Origin: an uncultured delta proteobacterium
GTDB taxonomy: Bacteria > Desulfobacterota > Binatia > Binatales > Binataceae
Direction: 5' to 3'
Assembly: GCA_963765675.1 (NCBI GenBank)
Contig: CAVXXK010000001.1
Coordinates: 160,001 to 224,000 of the forward strand
DNA length: 64,000 nucleotides
Numbering within the stretch: the stretch's first letter is position 1; every line of letters begins with the position of its first letter. Shown here in pieces: positions 53,075 to 61,969 of the stretch. The notes below the pieces were generated by a model that did no database searches, was not told where the DNA came from, and saw only the letters and a program-made list of their open reading frames with translations. The translations under genes and the position numbers were made by a program.

Positions 53075-53680
53075 ATGACCTCGGTGATAATCCTGCTAAT
53101 CATCCTCGCGATCGTCGGATGGATCGCGTCGGCGTACAACTCGCTGGTGAGCCTGCGTAACCAGGTCGATAACGCGTGGCGGCAGATCGATGTGCAGCTC
53201 AAGCGCCGGCACGATTTGATCCCCAACCTGGTCGAAGCGGTGAAGGGCTACATGCAGTTCGAGCGCGGCACCCTGACCCAGGTGGTCGAGGCGCGAGCCA
53301 AGGCGGTCAGCGCGCCGGACCAGTCATCGCGGATGGCGGCGGAAACGCAGCTCACTACCGGGCTCGGCAAACTGCTCGCGGTGATGGAAAATTATCCGCA
53401 GCTCAAGGCCGACGAGAATGTGCTCAAGCTCCAGGAGGAGTTGACCACCACGGAAAATCAGATCTCGTTCGCGCGCCAGGCGTACAACGACGTCGTGCTG
53501 AGGCTCAACACGCGGGTCGAAACTTTTCCCTCGAACCTGATCGCCAATAATTTCGGATTCCACGCCGCCGAATATTTCAAAGGCGCTCCCGAGGATCAGG
53601 CGGTGCCGAAAGTCGATCTGTCGATGAGCAGCCCGAGCGCGCCGAGCACTCCGGGCGCACCAAGCGCGCCAAGCGCCTGA
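53075..53680 (+). CDS. lemA: LemA family protein
   Basis: YNSLV..RN, W.QIDVQLKRRHDLIPNLV and ENYPQLKA. Confidence 0.93.
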   Translation: MTSVIILLIILAIVGWIASAYNSLVSLRNQVDNAWRQIDVQLKRRHDLIPNLVEAVKGYMQFERGTLTQVVEARAKAVSAPDQSSRMAAETQLTTGLGKLLAVMENYPQLKADENVLKLQEELTTTENQISFARQAYNDVVLRLNTRVETFPSNLIANNFGFHAAEYFKGAPEDQAVPKVDLSMSSPSAPSTPGAPSAPSA

Positions 53681-53713
53681 CGATCCGGCGTTCGGAATAA
53701 CGGATCGTCCACG

Positions 53714-54727
53714 ATGGCGCCGGCCTCAACTGACTTTCGCGCGCTCGAAACCACGAATCGCCGCGAGACGGCGATCCTCGTGATCGTGATTATGGGGCTG
53801 CTCGTCGTGCTCGGCTTCGGGCTCGACGTGTGGGCGGGCAGCATCGCGATCGTCAACGGCCAGATTGTCGGATTCCCGGTGCTGACGGTCGCGGCGCTCG
53901 TATTCGGCGCGGTCGAGGCGCTCACTTCATACTACGGCGGCGCCTCGCTGGTGCTGATGTCGGTGCATGCGCGTCCGCTCGCGCCCGACTCGATCGAGCA
54001 TAAGACTGTGCTCGACGTAATCAGCGAGATGGCGATCGCGTCGCGATTGCCGGTGCCCGCCGCCTACGTGATCGACGATCCTTCTCCAAATGCCTTCGCG
54101 ACCGGGCGCGACCCGCATCACTCAGTGCTCTGCGTCACGCAGGGATTGATCGACCAGATGGATCGCGAGGAGCTGCAGGGCGTGATCGGGCACGAGATGT
54201 CGCATATCGCCGATTACGACATCCGCACGATGACGATGGTCGCGGTGATGGTCGGGGGAATCGCGATGCTGAGCGATTTCATGTTCCGCATCATGTTCTT
54301 CACCGGTGGTCGCGGCGGCCGCGGCTCGCGCGGAAATTCAGACGGCAACGGCGGCGGCGGCGGTGCGCTGATTGCCGTCGCGGTGATCGTGCTCGCCGCG
54401 GTCGCGCCGATCATCTCGCAACTGGTCGCGATGGCGGTGTCGCGGCAGCGCGAATATCTTGCCGACGCGTCTTCGGTCGAGTTCACGCGCAATCCGCACG
54501 CGCTGCTGCGCGCGCTCGAGAAGATCGCGCAGGTCGAGTCGCCGCTCAAAGAGGGCACGGCGGGCACTGCGCATCTGTTTATCGTCAACCCGCGCGAGGG
54601 ATTGAGAGACGACGACGAGGGCTTCTTCGACAACCTGCTCTCGACGCATCCTCCCCTCGCCAAGCGAATCGAGCGCCTGCGCGCCATGGCCGGCGCCAGC
54701 GCGGCAGAAGTAGAAGGTCAGCGATAA
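53714..54727 (+). CDS. htpX: M48 zinc metalloprotease HtpX
   Basis: PNAFATG, HEMSH, SRQREYLADA and STHPP. Confidence 0.9.
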   Translation: MAPASTDFRALETTNRRETAILVIVIMGLLVVLGFGLDVWAGSIAIVNGQIVGFPVLTVAALVFGAVEALTSYYGGASLVLMSVHARPLAPDSIEHKTVLDVISEMAIASRLPVPAAYVIDDPSPNAFATGRDPHHSVLCVTQGLIDQMDREELQGVIGHEMSHIADYDIRTMTMVAVMVGGIAMLSDFMFRIMFFTGGRGGRGSRGNSDGNGGGGGALIAVAVIVLAAVAPIISQLVAMAVSRQREYLADASSVEFTRNPHALLRALEKIAQVESPLKEGTAGTAHLFIVNPREGLRDDDEGFFDNLLSTHPPLAKRIERLRAMAGASAAEVEGQR

Positions 54728-55303
54728 GCCCGTAGAACCATGGAACGGGCAAGGGCGGGAATGCGGCCCGCGTAGCGGAATTGTACATCTCGGAACCCAG
54801 CCTCGCGGAGCAGTGCTTCGAGGCTCCGGGGTGAGAAGAACTTGATATGACCGCCCTCCTGACTGACCGAGAAATGAAAATCCCATCCGTTAAAAATCGA
54901 GATGGCGAGGTTCTTCAAGTAGCCATGATATGGCGTCGTGAGTATCGCGACACCGCCCGGCGCGAAGGCTCCGATAGATATTGGCGATGAATCGGCGCGG
55001 TTCGTAGAGGTGTTCGATCACCTCAGAGGAAACGACAATATCGAACTGCTCTCCTAAATCCTCGTAGACGGATCCTTGTCTGAAGCGAACCTTGGGAAAG
55101 GCGTTTTGGGCCACCGCTATACCCGAAGCGGAAATATCGATCCCAATAACCTCGTGTCCCATGGCGGCGATTTGGGCGGCTATCCAGCCGCTACCCGACC
55201 CGAGATCAGCCGCGCGCCCCGGCGGAACCCGCTCGAGGAACGCGCGGATGTGCGGCCATAGGTAGAGGTGATGCGCCTGGGCGTCGGCGTTTCGCCACTC
55301 CAT
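54718..55303 (-). CDS. Class I SAM-dependent methyltransferase; frameshifted near 54962
   Basis: DLGSGSG, GIDIS and SEVIEHL; continues as PGG..ILTTPYHGYLKNL..GGHIKFFS in the next frame. Confidence 0.8.
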
Positions 55304-55421
55304 CGCGACAGCTTCGTCGTGCACAGCGCGACGATCGCAGCGACGGATGAAACAAGTCAAGCCAAGTCAAGCGAGGAGCATGCGCGTTGCGCGGCGGACC
55401 GGCTCAAGTTAATTTCGCGCG

Positions 55422-56300
55422 ATGCGCCCCGATCACCATCTCGAGACAATCCTGAACCGAGTCACCGCGAGGCTCGCGCGCGTAGGCGGAATCGAAGCAA
55501 TCGTGCTCGGAGGATCGCGGGCGCGCGGAACTGCGGATGCGCATTCGGATATCGATCTCGGGCTGTACTATGATTCGCGGCGGCCGTTCCGGATCGCGGA
55601 GCTCGATCGCGCGGCGCGCTCGCTCGACGATCGCGGCGCGTCCGGACTAGTGACTGCGCTGGGTGCGTGGGGACCGGGAGTCAACGGCGGCGGATGGCTG
55701 CGGATCGACGGCTATCATGTGGACTTTCTCTATCGCGATCTCGTCGCCGTGCGCACCGCGATCGGCGAATGCCGCGCCGGCGATCCGAAGACCATCTATC
55801 AGCTCGGGCATCCGTACGGGTTTCACAACCAGATCTATGCGGGCGAGATTAACTGTTGCCGAATACTTTTCGATCGCGGCGGGAAGATTGCGCGGCTTAA
55901 GCGGATGGTCGCGCGCTATCCGGAAAAGCTGCGTCACGCGATCGCGCGAAAGCATCTGTTCGATGCCGCCTTCGAGCTCGCGATCACGGACAAGCCCGCG
56001 CTGCGCGGCGACGTGATGTATGTGGCCGGATGCCTGTTCCGCGCGGCGAGCTTCATGACGCTCGTAGCGTACGCGATGAATCGGCGATGGCTGATCAACG
56101 AGAAGGGTGCGCTCAGAGGATTTCGCACGATGCGGCTTCTGCCGCGCGCGGCCGAAGTTACGATCGCGCGCGTTCTGGCGAATCCTGGCCGCACGCCGAA
56201 GGAGCTCGCTCGCAGCGCCCGCGCGATGAAATCGCTATGCGGGCGATTTCGGACGCTCGCGGCGCGCGAAGGAATCGCGCTTATCGATTCCGGCTCTTGA
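55422..56300 (+). CDS. Nucleotidyltransferase-domain protein (DUF4037-like C-terminus)
   Basis: LGGSRARG..SDIDL pol-beta motif, WGPGVNGGGWL and NEKGAL. Confidence 0.85.
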   Translation: MRPDHHLETILNRVTARLARVGGIEAIVLGGSRARGTADAHSDIDLGLYYDSRRPFRIAELDRAARSLDDRGASGLVTALGAWGPGVNGGGWLRIDGYHVDFLYRDLVAVRTAIGECRAGDPKTIYQLGHPYGFHNQIYAGEINCCRILFDRGGKIARLKRMVARYPEKLRHAIARKHLFDAAFELAITDKPALRGDVMYVAGCLFRAASFMTLVAYAMNRRWLINEKGALRGFRTMRLLPRAAEVTIARVLANPGRTPKELARSARAMKSLCGRFRTLAAREGIALIDSGS

Positions 56301-56766
56301 GCGCGCGCTGGATTTCGCGCTGCGAGGTTTTGCGCGCGATCGCGTCGCGCTTGTCGTACGCATGCTTGCCCTTGGCAAGCGCGATCTCGACTTTCGCGCG
56401 GCCGTCTTTGAAATAGATCTTGAGCGGCACGATCGAGTAGCCCTTCTCGCGCACGCGGCCCCATAGCCGGTTGATCTCGCGGCGATGCAGCAGCAATTTT
56501 CTCGAGCGCGTTTCCACGTGGCTGAACTGTCCGGCCGGCGCATACGCGCCGATATGCACGCCGCTCAGAAACGCCTCGCCGTTCTTGACCCGGATATAGC
56601 TGTCGCGAAGATTCGCCTTGTGCGCGCGCAGCGATTTGACCTCCGTGCCGGTCAGGATCATCCCGGCTTCGACCGCGTCTTCAATAAAGAAGTCATGGCG
56701 AGCCTTGCGGTTCTCAACCACGAGCTCGATTGCGCCGGTCTTAGGCTTTCCGTTTTCGTGCGCCAT
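56281..56766 (-). CDS. smpB: SsrA-binding protein SmpB
   Basis: NRKARHDF, GMILTGTEVKSLR, RKLLLHRREI and GKHAYDKR. Confidence 0.97.
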   Translation of the reverse strand: MAHENGKPKTGAIELVVENRKARHDFFIEDAVEAGMILTGTEVKSLRAHKANLRDSYIRVKNGEAFLSGVHIGAYAPAGQFSHVETRSRKLLLHRREINRLWGRVREKGYSIVPLKIYFKDGRAKVEIALAKGKHAYDKRDAIARKTSQREIQRALKSRNR

Positions 56767-56860
56767 CGCGCGTGAAAGTCTATCCGCGCCCGCGCTCCGA
56801 TATAAGGGGCGGTCGATAAATTGCGAGTTCTTGTCCGTCATCCTGCCACGAAAGTGCCAA

Positions 56861-57090
56861 GACGGGTGCGTCGCGACGCGCCCCCTACGAAGTCAGGAGC
56901 GCTTGTCATTCCCGCGCGTGGCTGCCGCGCGAGGAATCCCGGACGAAGCGCTCGGCTACTGAGACTCTCGATTTTCTCGCAAACCCTGAGGGGCCGATGA
57001 GCATCGTATTCTCAGCGCCAGGCCCCGCCTGTCATTTCGAGCGCTGCGCGAGAAATCCCGAAACGGCCATGCTCGACGCCAACACTACAT
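56861..57090. repeat. REP-like cluster between smpB and ssrA
   Basis: GTAG unit at 56861-56888; 36-bp GTCA unit at 56905-56940 identical to 33502-33537; 57031-57090 matches 49736-49795. Confidence 0.75.
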
Positions 57091-57206
57091 GCACAGACGT
57101 GCCGCGATTCGGGAAGTGGTTGCGAGCGATCGGTATCAGCCTTACACTTAAGACAGTAACCGTACCGACTGGCCTTGCTCACGGTCATTCGCCAATTTAT
57201 CCCGAT

Positions 57207-57563
57207 GGGGGCGAACAGGATTCGACGGAGTCACAAGGGCCATGGTCGCACGCCGGGCACCGCTGGCCCGTAAAACAAGCGGACTGCGAAATTTACCCGC
57301 AGACAATAACGGTTACGCTCTGGCGGCCTAAGGGCCGCTAGCGTCCCGCCGCTGCTCGCCCATGGCAGCGGGTCGGGGCGTCATTTAGTGGGCTAGGACG
57401 CCGCCGTACGCCGGTTGGACGGTTGCCCGAAACTTCAAGCGGCTGGTCTTAAGGAAGCCCGTCCGCGGGCGTCCTTGAGACGAGATTAAATCGCGGACTA
57501 AGCGTGTAGTGGCCGTCGCTGGAGTGTCTTCGGACGGGGGTTCAATTCCCCCCGCCTCCACCA
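57207..57563 (+). ncRNA. ssrA: tmRNA, tag (A)ADNNGYALAA
   Basis: 5' GGGGGCGAACAGGATTCGAC; 3' T-arm GGGGGTTCAATTCCCCC and GCCTCCACCA; tag ORF at 57299-57331; adjacent to smpB. Confidence 0.97.
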
Positions 57564-57689
57564 TCTCGAAATCCGGCCTCACCGCGTGCAGAAAGCTTAT
57601 GCCAGACATCGGTTTCTGCATTTCCCTTTTCCATTTCCGTCCAACCAAATCCTTTGACAGTTACCCCGAAATACGGGTAATTTCGGCCC

Positions 57690-57920
57690 CTCGGCACTTA
57701 TACCGCTACCAGCCTCAAGCCCACGAGAAACGTGACGCGGCGCGCGAGCTGACGAGGCAGGGATCAATCCTTCCGCCCATCGTAAAATCGAAAAGGCGAA
57801 GCGCGGGGCCGATACGTTCGAGGGTGTGGCGCGCAAATGGTTGGAGAAATTTGGTGCCCGGGCGGCATCTCAGACCGAGAACAGTAGTGCGCCGTCTTGA
57901 GGGGCATTTTCCCATGATCC
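57690..57920 (+). pseudogene. Remnant of a P4-like tyrosine integrase (N-terminal arm-binding region)
   Basis: Fragments in shifting frames: LGTYTATSLK / HEKRDAARELTRQ / GINPSAHRK..TFEGVARKWLEK / VRRLEGHFP, just 3' of ssrA. Confidence 0.75.
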
Positions 57921-57944
57921 TCTCTCACCCTCAAATCCTTGTCG

Positions 57945-58814
57945 ATGACGAGCACTCGTAACCGTGCGATCGCCGCGGCGATGGGCGCTGCTGCGGCGCT
58001 TGGCCTGACCGTCGATGATGCGATCGTGCTCCAGGAGTCGAACAAGCTCGCTGTGCGCCTGCTGCCGTGCGACGTTCTTGCTCGGGTCGCGGAGGAGCGT
58101 ATCAAGCGCTGGGCGGAGTTCGAAGTCGAGCTTGCTTTACGGCTCGCGGAAACCGGGAGCCCTGTAGCAGCGCTTGAGCCTCGGGTCGCGCCGGGCGTCT
58201 ACGCGCGTGACGGCTTTGTGGTCACACTGTGGACCTACCACGAACCTGTGCCGTCCCGAGAGTTCGCGCCAGGCGACTACGCGCACGCGCTCGAACGGCT
58301 GCATGACTGCATGCGGCAGATCGACTTCCCTACACCGCACTTCACGGATCGAATCACCGACGCCCAACTGCTTATCGGAAACCGCGACCAGACTCCAGAG
58401 CTCGGTGACGCGGACCGTGAGCTTCTCGGCAACACGTTACGAAGTCTGCGGCAGGCGATCATCGCCCGCGGGCGCCCCGAACAGCTCCTGCACGGCGAGC
58501 CACACCCGGGCAACGTGCTCAGGACGAAGAAGGGCCTGCTGTTCATAGACCTCGAGACCTGTTGCCGCGGGCCGGTCGAGTTCGATCTCGCCTACGTGCC
58601 CGAAGAGGTGAGCGTGCTCTACCGGAGTACCGATCAACAACTGCTCCGCGAATGCCGGGTCCTGATGCTCGCGATGGTCGCAGCATGGCGCTGGGATCGA
58701 AACGACCAATTCCCCAACGGGCGACAAGCAGCGCGAGAATTCGTCAGCGAGCTCCGGGCGGCACTGTCGGGGGCACCCTTCTCGACGCATTTGCCGCGCT
58801 GGACTGACACCTGA
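57945..58814 (+). CDS. Aminoglycoside phosphotransferase/kinase family protein
   Basis: LLHGEPHPGNVL and FIDLE..GPVEFDLA. Confidence 0.85.
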   Translation: MTSTRNRAIAAAMGAAAALGLTVDDAIVLQESNKLAVRLLPCDVLARVAEERIKRWAEFEVELALRLAETGSPVAALEPRVAPGVYARDGFVVTLWTYHEPVPSREFAPGDYAHALERLHDCMRQIDFPTPHFTDRITDAQLLIGNRDQTPELGDADRELLGNTLRSLRQAIIARGRPEQLLHGEPHPGNVLRTKKGLLFIDLETCCRGPVEFDLAYVPEEVSVLYRSTDQQLLRECRVLMLAMVAAWRWDRNDQFPNGRQAAREFVSELRAALSGAPFSTHLPRWTDT

Positions 58815-58834
58815 GTCGCGGTCGGAGGGTTCTT

Positions 58835-59731
58835 TCAGGTTTCGAGATCACGTGCCCGTTCGAGATCAGAAATCAAACCAGGTTGAACTGGCCGCCATCC
58901 CAGGCTAGCCTGCGTTTTCGCACTCGAAACCGGCAAATCAATTCCCATGAACGGCCCGAGCCATCCGAAGTGATCGAACGCTTCCGCCGGTGACTTTGAT
59001 ACCACCGGGATATTCAATCGGCGGCCGATCACCTCGGCGATTTCTTTAAGCGGCACGCCTTCTTCAGCGACTGCATGATAGCGGGCGCCGGGGGCGTTCT
59101 TTTCAAGCACGAGCGAGTAGAGACGGGCGGCGTCGAGGCGATGGACCGCGGGCCATCGGTTGATGCCCTCGCCGACGAACGCGGACACGCCCTTTTCATG
59201 AGCGAGCGTGATCAACTGCGAAACCAGTCCAAGCTTGTCACGATCGTGGACCGACGGCGGAAGGCGCACGACGGATGCGCGCACGCCGCGTGCGGCGACA
59301 GCAGCGGCCGCCTCCTCCGACGCGCTGCGCGGAACGCCGGCGGAGCTGGGAACCGGCGCGTCATCCTCGGTGCCGCTGCGCCCCGGCGTGAGCATCGCGG
59401 TTCCCGAGGTGACGATCAGCGGGCGATTGGAGCCGGCGAGCACGCCGCCGATCGCCTCGATCGCATGCCGATCGATCTCGCAGTTCTCCACGTACTTCGA
59501 GAAGTCGTGGATAAAAGCCAGGTGAATCACACCGTCGGCCATCGACGCTCCACTGCGCAGGCTCTCGAGGTCTTCGAGATCGCCGCGATGGGCGCGCGCG
59601 CCTGCCGCGGCAATCGACGCGGCGGACGCCTCCGACCGGGCCAGACCAAGCACCTGATGGCCCGCGTCAATCAGCTCACGAACGATGGGAGTGCCGATAA
59701 AACCTGAAGCACCTGTGACGAATACACGCAT
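58835..59731 (-). CDS. SDR / NAD-dependent epimerase family oxidoreductase
   Basis: MRVFVTGASGFIG, VIHLAF and RWPAVH.LDAA; AAGGAG RBS. Confidence 0.92.
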   Translation of the reverse strand: MRVFVTGASGFIGTPIVRELIDAGHQVLGLARSEASAASIAAAGARAHRGDLEDLESLRSGASMADGVIHLAFIHDFSKYVENCEIDRHAIEAIGGVLAGSNRPLIVTSGTAMLTPGRSGTEDDAPVPSSAGVPRSASEEAAAAVAARGVRASVVRLPPSVHDRDKLGLVSQLITLAHEKGVSAFVGEGINRWPAVHRLDAARLYSLVLEKNAPGARYHAVAEEGVPLKEIAEVIGRRLNIPVVSKSPAEAFDHFGWLGPFMGIDLPVSSAKTQASLGWRPVQPGLISDLERARDLET

Positions 59732-59799
59732 CGCGGTTTCTCCTTTAACTCATTTCTCCCGGTCGCGGTCCCGCAGACCTCAACATAGTGATTGAGTGA

Positions 59800-60045
59800 T
59801 TGAGCGAGTGCGATCCATTGGCCGGGGACAGGCTGACGAATTCGCGCGATTCGATTTCAGAGATCGCTTGGTCGCTCGGCTACAAATCCGAGAGCGCCTT
59901 CAGCACAGCCTTCAAAAGGGCGATGGGCTGTTCGCCGCGCCAATACAGCCGCGGGCGGCAACCAGCACCACCAGCGTTGCCATCTGATAGCGCCGGCGAA
60001 CTCGCTCACACCGGCCGGCCCGACCCGGCGCAGGTTTCTTCTTAG
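59800..60045 (+). pseudogene. Truncated AraC-family regulator (second HTH only)
   Basis: SISEIAWSLGYKSESAFSTAFKRAMGCSPRQY with no N-terminal domain. Confidence 0.75.
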
Positions 60046-61319
60046 AAGAAGACAAACGCCCGGACCACGACGTTCCTACGGCAGGGAGCGTCGGCGGGCG
60101 CGGTCGGGTCGACGCAGGCGCTGTGGAAAGACCAGCGCGACACGGAACCGTCGGTGACTGAGTCGTAGCACTTGAGCATCGAGACCTCGGTCGGCTTCTG
60201 CTGGGGAAACCAGTACCACTCGTGATCGGGACGGTAGGTGTAGCGGGTGGTCTCGCCGACGCGGTCGTCGTAGATGCGGTAGTTGGTGATGTACGGCTGG
60301 CGGGCGAAAGAGGGCCAGGCGCAGAGCACGAATGGGTTCTGGCGTATGGTCTCCATCGGCTTGGCCAGGTTGATCGACATGAACCGCCGCGACATCTTGG
60401 CGTCGGCCTGCGCGGCCGTGTAGTGCTGCTCGCGCCCGAAGTTCCGCAGGTTCTTCGTAAGCAGCTCGCGGCAGCGCACGCGCCCGCTGTTGTCGTTCAG
60501 GTCGTTGTGCACGATGTAAGCGTAGTTGGCGTTCACACCGGGGTTCTTGTTGGCCTGATCTTCGGTGCGGTCGCCCTTGTAGTCCTTGTCAAACACGTCG
60601 TGGTTATACACGAGCGCGTCCGTCGCGTCCGGGAAAAACTCCAGCAGGAGCTTCTCCATCTCGAGGTAGAACACGCGCTCGACTTCCGCGGCGTCGTAAA
60701 AGTTCTTGCACCTGGACTCGCAATGCGCGAGCGCAACGCCAAGCTTGTCCATGCATTCGGCGCTGCTGGGCGAGAGGCCCGGGTAGTACTCCTCCATTCG
60801 GCGCGCGTCGCGCAGGACGTGCGGAAAATAGAGGCATCGGCGCGCGACATCGTGCTCTTCCTTGCGCAACGCTTTGGCCTCGGCGGCGCGCGCCGGGTCG
60901 CGCCAGAGCGCGTTGGACGAGACGATCGAGTAGGACGGCTGCTCGTACACGCTGTAGCGCAGCGGAAGCGCTACGCCGCCCTCAGGGGCTTCGATCTTGT
61001 TCGCTCGAATATATTCCAGGCACTCTGAGTAGCTACGAAACCCGGCGCCCCACTTGGTCTCGATCGGCCCGGGAGGAGCGTGGTCGAGCCAGTCGGTGAC
61101 CTCCTGCCCTTGCCCCCCGGCAAGCTGGCGCAGCGCCGCCGCCGTCGCAGCAGCCGTTCCCGCATCGCCGTCTCGATCGAACGACATGTAGGATAAGCCG
61201 CCGTTCGCGGCGATCGGTGGTGGCTGCCCTTTCGTGAGTTGAAGGGGAGGCACATAGACGGCCGAACCATTCGGCGTAGCACCCGCAGTGTGATTCTCGG
61301 TGGAATTGAGCCGGTCCAT
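60042..61319 (-). CDS. CmcJ/NvfI (AsaB-like) family oxidoreductase with N-terminal extension
   Basis: VHND, HEWYWFPQQ...EV.MLKCYDS and FHSACVDP.AP.DAP.R.NVVVRAFVFF. Confidence 0.8.
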   Translation of the reverse strand: MDRLNSTENHTAGATPNGSAVYVPPLQLTKGQPPPIAANGGLSYMSFDRDGDAGTAAATAAALRQLAGGQGQEVTDWLDHAPPGPIETKWGAGFRSYSECLEYIRANKIEAPEGGVALPLRYSVYEQPSYSIVSSNALWRDPARAAEAKALRKEEHDVARRCLYFPHVLRDARRMEEYYPGLSPSSAECMDKLGVALAHCESRCKNFYDAAEVERVFYLEMEKLLLEFFPDATDALVYNHDVFDKDYKGDRTEDQANKNPGVNANYAYIVHNDLNDNSGRVRCRELLTKNLRNFGREQHYTAAQADAKMSRRFMSINLAKPMETIRQNPFVLCAWPSFARQPYITNYRIYDDRVGETTRYTYRPDHEWYWFPQQKPTEVSMLKCYDSVTDGSVSRWSFHSACVDPTAPADAPCRRNVVVRAFVFF

Positions 61320-61523
61320 AGCATGCTCCCTGGTTAAAAATACCCAGTCGTAGCGGACAGGGCTTGTAGTTCTTAGCGTCTATCATACACTGAGCGATGG
61401 GGCGAGGATTTCGTCCTGCCCCCGTTTTCTCTCCGGCCTCGAGCGGTGCTCGACGCGCTCGTCAACGATCGTAGGCGGCCTATTTTAGAACCGGCACTCT
61501 GGCGCGATGATGAGGAATCAACC

Positions 61524-61781
61524 ATGCAGGAAAAAATTGAGATCGGATTCCAGGTGTTCGTCTCCGATGGAGGCGAGGAGTTCGGCGCGGTGCGCGCGGT
61601 CTCGCCCAATGGGCGGCCCGAGCTGGTGATCTTCGTCGAGAATGCCGGCGACTTCACGGTTCCGCTCGCCGCGGTTGAAGCGGTGCATTCGGAGAAAGTC
61701 GTCCTGAGCTGCGCGAAGCTCGACGCGCGCCTGCGCCGCGCAATCGGCCACGCTCACGACGCCGAAAAACCCGGCGCCTGA
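61524..61781 (+). CDS. Small hypothetical protein (PRC-barrel-like)
   Basis: GAGGA RBS; IGFQVFVSDGGEEFGAV..VPL.AV..VH. Confidence 0.65.
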   Translation: MQEKIEIGFQVFVSDGGEEFGAVRAVSPNGRPELVIFVENAGDFTVPLAAVEAVHSEKVVLSCAKLDARLRRAIGHAHDAEKPGA

Positions 61782-61969
61782 TCCTTCGAAGGCTGGAGCA
61801 AATACGACAGCCGGGCCTGACTCATTCCAGACTCGACAACGTCAAGTCTCGCTGGCTATCGAGGCGGCGGCAAGGCTCGACCGCGCGATGGCGAGCTACG
61901 CGGGTGCAGACGCGCAGCGCTTCGGCGCGAAGTCGTGAAGCTCGCCGGGGCGTTCGGCGTCAGTTTCCA

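Noticed and set aside
53628-53680. Short repeats at the end of lemA (PSAPSTPGAPSAPSA)
   Set aside because: Ordinary low-complexity protein tail.
55422-56300. Nucleotidyltransferase as a CBASS cyclase or MNT-HEPN toxin-antitoxin component
   Set aside because: No adjacent effector or HEPN gene; matches a common stand-alone family.
57945-58814. Aminoglycoside resistance gene
   Set aside because: Only superfamily motifs are present (HGE rather than HGD); substrate cannot be inferred.
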